Virus record (IMG/VR): IMGVR_UViG_3300045988_161200
Reading direction: 5' to 3' (one strand)
DNA: 64,000 nt
Origin: a virus
Positions within the stretch are counted from its first letter, which is position 1. The number at the start of each line of letters is the position of its first letter. The position numbers and the translations under genes are program-made. Positions 1-8,288 of the stretch are shown in pieces. The notes under the pieces are model-generated. The model was given only the letters and a program-made list of their open reading frames with translations, did no database searches and was not told where the DNA came from.

Positions 1-3000
1 ATAATAAATTTAAAAACAAAAATGAATTTATTAAATCAGCAGTACAAAAACAATGCAATTAATGAGCAAACATACAGTGCTCGTATGAAGACTACTCAAA
101 CTCAACTAACTGCTCTTACGACACAAACAGAAACCCTTACTATCAAACAGCGCCTTTTAGCAGGAATTACTAAAACAGTAGCGACAGCGTTCGATATGCT
201 TAAAATGGCAGCAGTAACATTCGCTGTTAGTGGTATTATAGCACTTATTACCGAAGTTGTCAATAAGCAGAAAGAACTTGCTGAACAGACAAAACAAACA
301 GCAACCGAAGCAAAACAAACATCTACTGAAATATCTAACCTTTACACAAAATATCTTGAACTTAATCAAGCTGTTGTCGATGGAACTGGTAGCAAGGAAG
401 ATTTAAATTCTGCTACAAATGAACTTCTTAAAGCTTTAGGACTTGAAGGAATAGCAGTAGATGAATTAACCTCAAAATATGGTTCTCTCGAAAAAGCTAT
501 TTCTAATGTTACTATTGAATCTCTTAAAAGCACACACGATGATTTAGTTGCAAGCGTAGATGTTTATAAAGATGAGCTTTTAAAAATCGGACAAAGTATT
601 TGGGACGGAAATCAATTTAAAACAGCCAATTACAAGATTGAACCCAATAAATTTGATACAGAAATTGATAAAATTATTTCTGCTTTCAAGGATATTGATA
701 ATCTTGAAATCTTTAAAGATGTTGGTTTGTCTAAAAATGATAATGTAACAAACGCAGTGTTCAATCTGTTGGGCGATACAAGCACGGTCGAAGGCATCAA
801 GCAAAATTATGAAACCTTAATGGAAATGCAAGATGCTTTGGTTTCTAAATTTGGTTCTCAAAAAGCAGGAGAATTAAAAATATATCAAGAAATCAATTCT
901 CGTCTTAATGAACTCAAAACAGCTTATGAAAACTATACAGATGAAATAACAGCTTTAAATCAAAATGCTGCTAAAACTGCTGTCCTTGAAAGTCTTAAAG
1001 GTAAAGAGTTGCCAAAGACACAAGAGGAATTTAAACAGTTTTATAACGCTCTGATTTCTGAGGCAACAACAGCTGGAACAGAAATCAGAAATCAATTCGT
1101 TGGTTCCGAAGACGACATTAAAAATAGCATTAAGTCTGCTCTTGAAGGAATGTCTATTTTTGATGAGTTTACAGCAGAGCCGATCCCAGTTGAAGTAGAA
1201 GTATTCCCTACTGTAACAACTAATGTATCTGCCTTAAAACAAAGCTTAAATACCGTCAAGGAGAAGATCGAAGATACTTTTAAGAATACAAATATCTTTG
1301 ATGAAGCTATTCAGTCTATTCAAGATGGTAAGGCTATTGATTTTAGTGATGTTATGTCAATGGTTAATCTTGATAGCTCTCTTGCTGATAAATTTGTTAA
1401 GACAGCTGATGGCTATACTATTGCTATAAAAGATTTAACACAGTCTCGTTATGAGTATATCAAATCTACGAAAGATAGTATTCAGGCAGATATTGATAGT
1501 GCAAAATCATCAATTAGTACAGCTGAGGAAAACATAAATACTTATCAAAAAGAGTCAGAATTGCTTACAGAAGCGGCTAAACATAACAGTGATGCAGCTA
1601 ATCGTAAAAAAGAACTTGATAACGCTATTGCGACAGAACGACAAAATATCGAAGATGCGAATAACGTAATTACTCAAAACACATTGCTCTTAGATGAGTG
1701 TGGTGGAGCAGCAGACAACTTCGCTTCTACTGTAGATAATGTGTCTAAGAGAGTAAAACTTATAGCCACTGCAATGAAAGATATGAATGAGAACGGATAT
1801 ATTTCCTCATCTACATATGCCGAATTGCAGGAAATGGGTGGTAACTTTACTGAATGTCTTGAAGTTCAGAACGGTAAGCTTGTAGTTAATATTAAGAAGC
1901 TTAAAGAACTTGAAACACAGGAATATAAAAATAAAATTTCTGCTAAAGAACTTCTTATTGCAAGACTACAGCTTATAAATGAATCAAGAAGTGCAAGTGG
2001 ATTAGATACTTCCTTTATTGATGAACAGATATCCAATTTACAGACTGAAATTGCTGGCTATAAGACAATTATTGACGAAATCGAAGCTGCAAAGCCTAAT
2101 GATAGTGATAAACCTAAATCAGTACAAGATTTTGAAACTGAACTTGCTCGTAGACAGCACGAAATCAATATGGGGCGTATGCAAGAAGATGAAGCTTATT
2201 ATGATTGGCTTTTATCTGCTGCACACACTGCCTATGACGGGCTTGCTGATTATCAAGATGAACTCTGGAAGCACGAGGAAGAAGTTTACAAGTGGAGGCA
2301 GGAGCAAGAGCAAAAGCTTTTTGATCAGAAAATTGACAACCTTGAAAAGCTTGCTGATAAGGCTCTTGACAAAAATGTTGACAACAACGGCAATGAACTG
2401 ACTGTTACAGCAAACTTTGACTATGCCCGTGACCAGATAAACAAGGCTATTGCCGAGACACAGGCAAGAATTAACGGTATCAAAAACGGAACTATAAGCG
2501 GTGACAATGACGACATTGAAACGCTTATAGATGACCTTGACAGTCTTTATGACAAGCTCACTGATATCAATGAAAAGGAAATCGAATCTGAAAAGGACTA
2601 TATCAGTGAACTTAAAGACGATTATTCCGATATGATGGATGAGCGTATTAATAAGGTCGATGAACTTTCTGATAAGATTGAAAAGAGCTATGACAAACAA
2701 ATAGATGCCCTTGAAAAAATCAAAGATACAGAAGACAGAATCAAGAAAATCAAAGATGCTCAACTTGAAGTCAAAGAAAAAGAAAAGGCTCTTGATGATG
2801 CTAAACGTGAAGATGCTAAGAATAGCTATGTTTACTTTGATGGTGCTGGAATGTCTGTTCAGACATCGACTGAAAATCAGCAGAAAGCTCAACAAGAACT
2901 TGAAGAGAGCAGAAAAGACCTTGAAGAAGCTTATCGTGAAGAAGAAATCAATGTTCTCAAAGAGCAGAAAGAAGCTGCTACAACTTATTACGATAACGTA

Positions 3001-3861
3001 AAGGATAATCTTGAAAAACAGAAAGCACAGGGTGAAAAGACCTATGAAGCTGTTGAAAAGATTTATGAACAGCTTGGTGGTGACAAGAAACAGACTTCTT
3101 CTAATACTGGACTTCTTAGAAGGCTTTTATTTTCAGGCAATATATCTAAGGCAATGTCTGAATTGTCTGATACTGAACGCCAGAAAGCTATTGATACAGG
3201 TGTTGTCAAGGTACAGCCTAACGGTGATTATACTTTTGATTATTCTGCCTTTGCGAAATATTCAAGTACAGTAGATAATAACACGCTTGCTACACAGGAT
3301 TTGACTTCTATTCTTAAAGAGGTAGTTACTCAGGCTGATACTAATAATAAGGATAAGACTGATAATTCTATGGTTGTAGGTGGCTTTAATCTTGTTGCTG
3401 ATCCCAAGACAGGCAAACTTACTAAGAAGCAAGTTATGGTCAATGGTGAAGTTGTTGAGGGATTAGGTCACAAGGTTAATGCTACTTCTAAGGAAGAATG
3501 GCAGGAACATAATAACAGCGAAAAGACAAAAAAGGGAAGCTTTGCTGGTTATGACACGTTTTTTGATTTTATGATGGCTGTTAATGCTGGTAAAGTGGAT
3601 ATTAGTCCTCTTACTAATGCGTTTAAAAGTGACTATAATCCTATTGTTGACAAGATGAATAAGTCTATGAGTGATACCATTAACAATGTTTCTAACAGCA
3701 ATGTTAATAACGTAAATAACAAACCTGTTGTAAATCTTACTGTAAATGTTGAAGGCAGTGCTGATAAAAAGACTATTGCAGAATTTAGAAATGTGGTTAC
3801 TAAAGAAATTGGCACTGCTTTTGATGAATTTGGAAAAGCAGTACGCAATGCTAAAGTTTAA
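1..3861 (+). CDS. Tail tape measure protein (5' end probably outside the window)
   Basis: ORF 22..3861 (1279 aa) stays open back to base 1. Very long E/K/D/A-rich coiled-coil-like sequence with a hydrophobic helix (AAVTFAVSGIIALITEV). Lies upstream of tail and fibre genes. Confidence 0.8.
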   Translation: MINLKTKMNLLNQQYKNNAINEQTYSARMKTTQTQLTALTTQTETLTIKQRLLAGITKTVATAFDMLKMAAVTFAVSGIIALITEVVNKQKELAEQTKQTATEAKQTSTEISNLYTKYLELNQAVVDGTGSKEDLNSATNELLKALGLEGIAVDELTSKYGSLEKAISNVTIESLKSTHDDLVASVDVYKDELLKIGQSIWDGNQFKTANYKIEPNKFDTEIDKIISAFKDIDNLEIFKDVGLSKNDNVTNAVFNLLGDTSTVEGIKQNYETLMEMQDALVSKFGSQKAGELKIYQEINSRLNELKTAYENYTDEITALNQNAAKTAVLESLKGKELPKTQEEFKQFYNALISEATTAGTEIRNQFVGSEDDIKNSIKSALEGMSIFDEFTAEPIPVEVEVFPTVTTNVSALKQSLNTVKEKIEDTFKNTNIFDEAIQSIQDGKAIDFSDVMSMVNLDSSLADKFVKTADGYTIAIKDLTQSRYEYIKSTKDSIQADIDSAKSSISTAEENINTYQKESELLTEAAKHNSDAANRKKELDNAIATERQNIEDANNVITQNTLLLDECGGAADNFASTVDNVSKRVKLIATAMKDMNENGYISSSTYAELQEMGGNFTECLEVQNGKLVVNIKKLKELETQEYKNKISAKELLIARLQLINESRSASGLDTSFIDEQISNLQTEIAGYKTIIDEIEAAKPNDSDKPKSVQDFETELARRQHEINMGRMQEDEAYYDWLLSAAHTAYDGLADYQDELWKHEEEVYKWRQEQEQKLFDQKIDNLEKLADKALDKNVDNNGNELTVTANFDYARDQINKAIAETQARINGIKNGTISGDNDDIETLIDDLDSLYDKLTDINEKEIESEKDYISELKDDYSDMMDERINKVDELSDKIEKSYDKQIDALEKIKDTEDRIKKIKDAQLEVKEKEKALDDAKREDAKNSYVYFDGAGMSVQTSTENQQKAQQELEESRKDLEEAYREEEINVLKEQKEAATTYYDNVKDNLEKQKAQGEKTYEAVEKIYEQLGGDKKQTSSNTGLLRRLLFSGNISKAMSELSDTERQKAIDTGVVKVQPNGDYTFDYSAFAKYSSTVDNNTLATQDLTSILKEVVTQADTNNKDKTDNSMVVGGFNLVADPKTGKLTKKQVMVNGEVVEGLGHKVNATSKEEWQEHNNSEKTKKGSFAGYDTFFDFMMAVNAGKVDISPLTNAFKSDYNPIVDKMNKSMSDTINNVSNSNVNNVNNKPVVNLTVNVEGSADKKTIAEFRNVVTKEIGTAFDEFGKAVRNAKV

Positions 3862-3903
3862 ACACTTTTGATGTTTGACTTTTGTATAAAAATATAGTAA
3901 AAT

Positions 3904-3943
3904 AGAGCGTGAAGATAAGGTTCACGCTCTATTGTTTATTTTT
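3904..3943. terminator. Bidirectional intrinsic terminator between tape measure (+) and TIR gene (-)
   Basis: Perfect 10-bp stem AGAGCGTGAA (3904-3913) / TTCACGCTCT (3921-3930) with a 7-nt loop. T-rich tract follows on both strands. Confidence 0.7.
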
Positions 3944-3947
3944 ATGC

Positions 3948-4376
3948 TTAAAGTGAATAAGTTCTTATTGCAGAAACAATACTATCCGTGTACCAATTTA
4001 CAGTTGTAGTTGCAACGGAGCTAACTTCTGTTGGCATATTTACATTTCCACGAGGTTTGATTGCAATGATAGGTTTTCCCATTGCTACTGCGCAATCTAA
4101 TTCATACTGCATCCATTCACGATTATTATAGTACATTCCCGATATAACTAAAACACAATTTACAGGTCTGATTTTTCTTAAAATAGCATCTTTAATTTGT
4201 GTTTTATTGGTAACGGAAGTACCATCTAAATTTATAAGAGGATTGTCTTTTGGAGCTGAATAATTATAATACTTAAAATTAGGAGCTTCTTCTAATAAAT
4301 CATTTAAGTGAATGTAATCATCGCCGTATTTCCAAGCATGACTAATAAATAAATGGTATGGCTTTAACTCTGGCAT
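3948..4376 (-). CDS. TIR-like domain protein (ThsB / DUF1863 type)
   Basis: Read from the internal ATG at 4376 (MPELKPYHLFISHAW...). Motifs FISHAW, NCVLVISG, REWMQYELDCA and GKPIIAI match the MTH538/ThsB TIR-like pattern. The 46-codon 5' extension in the ORF track looks non-coding. Confidence 0.75.
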   Translation of the reverse strand: MPELKPYHLFISHAWKYGDDYIHLNDLLEEAPNFKYYNYSAPKDNPLINLDGTSVTNKTQIKDAILRKIRPVNCVLVISGMYYNNREWMQYELDCAVAMGKPIIAIKPRGNVNMPTEVSSVATTTVNWYTDSIVSAIRTYSL

Positions 4377-4433
4377 ATAAACTACAACCTTTCTAAAATA
4401 AAAATTTAAACAATTCCATAAGGAGGAATTATT

Positions 4434-4634
4434 TTGAATACTAATGTAAAAAAATATCGTAAGAAGCCTGTTGTAATTGAGGCATATCAAACTGACAAGG
4501 AAATTGTTATCCACACATTAGAGGGTGATATGATAGCATCTGTTGGGGATTATATTATCACGGGTGTGAATGGAGAACAATACCCTTGCAAACCTGATAT
4601 CTTTGAAAAGACTTACGAATCTGTAGAAGATTGA
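4434..4634 (+). CDS. Small conserved phage protein (PGDYG-like signature)
   Basis: AAGGAGG lies 7 nt before a TTG start. Signature [10 protein letters not shown]...TLEGDM...[25 protein letters not shown] recalls a widespread small phage protein family. 3' end overlaps the SLATT gene 3' end by 22 nt. Confidence 0.6.
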   Translation: MNTNVKKYRKKPVVIEAYQTDKEIVIHTLEGDMIASVGDYIITGVNGEQYPCKPDIFEKTYESVED

Positions 4635-5122
4635 CTTACTTTGCTTTGCCATGTTGAAAATTCTTTAGTAAAATACTGCTCACAATTACTAACTAAGGTA
4701 TCAAATGCCACGTCTGAGTTGTTAGAATTGTAGGGCGGTATTTTATTTATAAATTTTGAAGCTTCACTTTTCAGCATCTCGCAATTCATGCGATATTGAA
4801 CCCATAAGTCTTTAAAGGTGTTTATATTTATTATATAGGTGATTACCGAGACGGCTGAACCAGCAATGGCAATTAATATTTTAACTAATGGTTTTTCTTC
4901 AAAAAGTGTTAATATTGGAATTGAAGAAGATATTATAACAGATATGACAGATAAAACTTTGTAGTATTTTTGATTATGTTTTGCTTTTTTATCATACCAT
5001 TGTATTTGGTCAAGCAATCTGTTCTTTAAATATCTTTGTTGTTTTTCAGTGTATTCACTGTAATCTATCGGAAGGTCTATTATGTAGTTTTCATTTGATT
5101 TTTTACACATTTTATGCTCCAT
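4613..5122 (-). CDS. SLATT / DUF4231-type two-TM effector-like protein
   Basis: N-terminal helix ([17 protein letters not shown]), two adjacent TM helices ([19 protein letters not shown]; [19 protein letters not shown]), then [22 protein letters not shown]. This is the typical DUF4231/SLATT layout. Confidence 0.7.
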   Translation of the reverse strand: MEHKMCKKSNENYIIDLPIDYSEYTEKQQRYLKNRLLDQIQWYDKKAKHNQKYYKVLSVISVIISSSIPILTLFEEKPLVKILIAIAGSAVSVITYIININTFKDLWVQYRMNCEMLKSEASKFINKIPPYNSNNSDVAFDTLVSNCEQYFTKEFSTWQSKVSQSSTDS

Positions 5123-5242
5123 TTTTCACCGTAACGAGTTGTATTGTATAAGTATATTGTATGCTATATTAAGAATAATTTCAAGTGAAATTTTGTATAT
5201 TACGGCAAATTCCATAATATTAACAAGTTTTAGCAAAATATA

Positions 5243-5270
5243 TTGTTGATAAACAACAAAAGCATATAGT
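5243..5270 (+). promoter_or_regulatory. Candidate internal promoter restarting the late operon; contains a short palindrome
   Basis: TTGTTG-16 nt-TATAGT. TTGTTG(5243-5248)/CAACAA(5254-5259) form an inverted repeat. Sits upstream of the 5310 gene and after the terminator at 3904. Confidence 0.3.
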
Positions 5271-5309
5271 TGAAATATAGACTATTAAGAATATAAGGAA
5301 AGGATTGTT

Positions 5310-5783
5310 ATGGATTACAAAAGACAAATTTTAAATTGCGCCAACGAACTTATACATAAAAACAATTCACAAATTGACAAATCTAATTTTGATAAAACCT
5401 ACATTGGTAAAGTAATAGGCTCCATAAAAGACGATAATGAAAAAGTAGTACGTTGGCAGATATTCGCAAACGCTTCTACTTTTAATGTGCTTGCTGAGAA
5501 CTGTAATGTTGTTGCAGTAGGTCAGCGTGTGAGAATGTTTATACCCAGTAATCAGAGAGATATGGTTTATGCAGAGGTTATAACCGACTATGAGTTTAAC
5601 CACCCATCGAAAGCTGTATATGATTCCGAGAAATGCACGGTAACGGAGACTTGGCTGTTATCTGACAAGACAGAAGAGACAAGGGTATTTACTCTGACTG
5701 TCAAGGATAAGGGCGGTTCATCGGAAGAAGTCACAGCGATCACTTTCCCCGATGGTAGTGTTATGAGCTTGGAGGGATTTTGA
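5310..5783 (+). CDS. Hypothetical protein (tail-region orphan)
   Basis: 157-aa ORF with an AAGGAAAGG RBS. Stop overlaps the start of the next gene (ATGA). No recognisable motif. Confidence 0.6.
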   Translation: MDYKRQILNCANELIHKNNSQIDKSNFDKTYIGKVIGSIKDDNEKVVRWQIFANASTFNVLAENCNVVAVGQRVRMFIPSNQRDMVYAEVITDYEFNHPSKAVYDSEKCTVTETWLLSDKTEETRVFTLTVKDKGGSSEEVTAITFPDGSVMSLEGF

Positions 5784-7741
5784 TGGACGTTAAGGAGACT
5801 TTGACAAGATGGTCAAGGGCGTACATGGAGCCGAGTTTGTTTTATGTGCCAGCGAAGAAGAATGATGAATATTACAATATCACATTTCATATGATGGTGG
5901 ATTATTTTGACACAGTTGATGAAAAGATATTGACGAATATGACTATTAAACAAATGTTTGAAAAATACGAAGAAAATGTGACCACTGATAAGAATAATAT
6001 CCAATATGGCTCTATTGGTCAAAATTGTAATACTGAAAGTATTTTCTTTGTTGCGTATGATGAGAATGGAAACATAGCAGATTGCTCTCTTTGGCGTGAT
6101 TTTTTCTCTGTCGCTGAAGCAACTTCAACGGAAGAAAAAAATGGATATACATTAGATACGTATTCTGTGACCAAAATACCTGAATTGTATAGAATATTGT
6201 TTATTGCTAAGAATATTACTGGTGTTAATGTTCTTAATACAGTTTTTGAAGATATGTCACATCAAATTAACTGTTTATATATCTTAGCTTCTGGTGATAT
6301 TTACAGATTTATGTTCGATTATTATGATAATGAAACTAAAAAATGGGTATATAAAACCATAAAGGTTGGAAAATATAACTACGCTACGGACAAGTTTAAA
6401 ATTGAAGATGAAGATACATATTACACTTTTGGGTTTAATAACGCATCATATAATTGGTTAACTTTTAATAAAATCCCTAATAATTTTAATTATTATCATG
6501 CTCCATATAAGGACTGGTATAATAATTCTACCGTCCCTACATTAAGATTAAAAAAAGGCACTTATATTATAAAGCAAATAGTGGCTTCAACAGGCTGCGA
6601 AATCATGAAGCCCATTACAGTAGTTGTTAATGAGGATAAGACAATATATTATAAGACTACTATTAATGGTGCAATAATGAGGTCTGAGTCTATAGATTGT
6701 CAAGACGGCTACCATGAATTATACTCAGTAAATAATAGTGGGGAGAGAGACAAATGGTTTTTAGACGAGAGTTCAACACAAGGCGGCTGGGAGATAATTA
6801 ACTACACTTATAGATTATCGGATAATGCTTTATTAGTAAAACAAAAATGTTGTAATGCTACTAGCGATAATATAACTAGTATTCCAGCCGAGTACATGAT
6901 ATCTACTGGTGATAAACTTCCTATCTTCATTTATTATGGAGGAAAAATAAAGAAATTCTATATAACAGCTGGAGCCTATAATGAAAAACATCCTGACCAT
7001 CCCCTAGATTACCCAGATAATACTATTATAGGGAGGATGTACAGCACTCCTTTTTATTATAAAAGACCTTTAACTGTGGAAGAAATAAATAAAATGGGAA
7101 TTAAAGCACCAGATGATAGTCGCAGAGGAACAAATGTTGGTTCGGGGTCAACATATTTTTATGATTTAAAATATATGTATTTTGATTACACCACCCAGTA
7201 TTCAGAAGGACATTCATACGACGACCATTGCAACGAATATGATATTTTAACAAATGAGCCGACTGCGGGAGAAATAGCAGCAGCTATAAATAAAAAAGAA
7301 CCTCTTGAATGGTATGAAACTTATATTAAAGAAGGTGAAGCAAAAGAGTTTATAAAAGATGGTGGGCACTTGAAATATTATGTTACATATAAAGGTGGAA
7401 TAGCCTATTATATGTATGATTATCATGGACTTAATTTCCAACAAAAACTTTTAAATAACGTTACTTCACCATTTTGGGATGAGTCAGTAATAAATACCGT
7501 GTTAGATTATTATAAATCAGAAGATGCAGATATAGAGAATATGTCAAAATATTTGAATATGTCAGTTTGTTGTTACGATTTAATATATTCTGATGAAACG
7601 AAGACGAGTATTACTCAATACAAAAACTATCATACAATGCTTTCTTCAGAAGTAAAGCAAGACCCTGATTGGAATGAGGAAAAATTCAACAAATTCCAGA
7701 CTGAAATGCGTCATAAGCTATATGAAGAACAACTTAAATAA
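5780..7741 (+). CDS. Hypothetical 653-aa Y/N-rich protein, possibly structural
   Basis: Long uninterrupted ORF translationally coupled to the previous gene. Function is suggested by position only. Confidence 0.65.
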   Translation: MMDVKETLTRWSRAYMEPSLFYVPAKKNDEYYNITFHMMVDYFDTVDEKILTNMTIKQMFEKYEENVTTDKNNIQYGSIGQNCNTESIFFVAYDENGNIADCSLWRDFFSVAEATSTEEKNGYTLDTYSVTKIPELYRILFIAKNITGVNVLNTVFEDMSHQINCLYILASGDIYRFMFDYYDNETKKWVYKTIKVGKYNYATDKFKIEDEDTYYTFGFNNASYNWLTFNKIPNNFNYYHAPYKDWYNNSTVPTLRLKKGTYIIKQIVASTGCEIMKPITVVVNEDKTIYYKTTINGAIMRSESIDCQDGYHELYSVNNSGERDKWFLDESSTQGGWEIINYTYRLSDNALLVKQKCCNATSDNITSIPAEYMISTGDKLPIFIYYGGKIKKFYITAGAYNEKHPDHPLDYPDNTIIGRMYSTPFYYKRPLTVEEINKMGIKAPDDSRRGTNVGSGSTYFYDLKYMYFDYTTQYSEGHSYDDHCNEYDILTNEPTAGEIAAAINKKEPLEWYETYIKEGEAKEFIKDGGHLKYYVTYKGGIAYYMYDYHGLNFQQKLLNNVTSPFWDESVINTVLDYYKSEDADIENMSKYLNMSVCCYDLIYSDETKTSITQYKNYHTMLSSEVKQDPDWNEEKFNKFQTEMRHKLYEEQLK

Positions 7742-7757
7742 AGGACGGTGAATAAAA

Positions 7758-8288
7758 ATGAAATTTAATGGAATTGAAATTTGGGACGATACTGGTCTTT
7801 GTTTTTACACTGATGTTGAAATCAGCGAAGACAATACTCATAATAGGGCAGTTGATGTTAAAGTCCCAAAGAATAACAAATTTCCTTATGTTATCCGAGA
7901 TGGCGAAGCTTCATATTGGACTGGCACAATAAATGGATTATGGCTTGATAATTCAGAGGGAGCTTGTAAAGAAGACTTCAATCTTGATACATCTACGGCT
8001 TGGATAGTTGCCCTTGCAGAGTGGTTACATAACGGAAAGCCTAAGAAGTTAAAACTTTCCGAGGATTGGATAATGACGGTTGAGATTCAGTCAGAGGTAC
8101 AATTAAATTGCGAAACTTCAGTAGATGTGGCATACAATAACAAATTGTCTTGTGGCTGGGTTCAGACGGAAGAACGTTATACATCGGATAATATAAAACT
8201 TTTACACTGTCCTAAATGCAATACTACCGTTATACCCACTGCGGTATATTGCCAGAAATGTGGCACTAAGTTGGTGAATAGTGTATGA
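7758..8288 (+). CDS. Distal-tail-protein-like (Dit-like) protein with C-terminal zinc ribbon
   Basis: MKFNGIEIWDDTGL..., PYVIRDGEASYW and LAEWLHNGKPKKLKLSEDW resemble siphovirus tail-component N-domains. C-terminus is CPKCNTTVIPTAVYCQKCGTKL. Confidence 0.45.
   Translation: MKFNGIEIWDDTGLCFYTDVEISEDNTHNRAVDVKVPKNNKFPYVIRDGEASYWTGTINGLWLDNSEGACKEDFNLDTSTAWIVALAEWLHNGKPKKLKLSEDWIMTVEIQSEVQLNCETSVDVAYNNKLSCGWVQTEERYTSDNIKLLHCPKCNTTVIPTAVYCQKCGTKLVNSV

Noticed and set aside
157-3848. Several 60-227-aa ORFs inside or antisense to the tape measure gene (157..369, 580..804, 2018..2401, 2212..2895, 2705..3001, 3011..3274, 3633..3848).
   Set aside because: All are embedded in one long, coherent 1279-aa ORF. 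Their products are low-complexity F/L/I/K-rich strings typical of shadow frames in AT-rich DNA.
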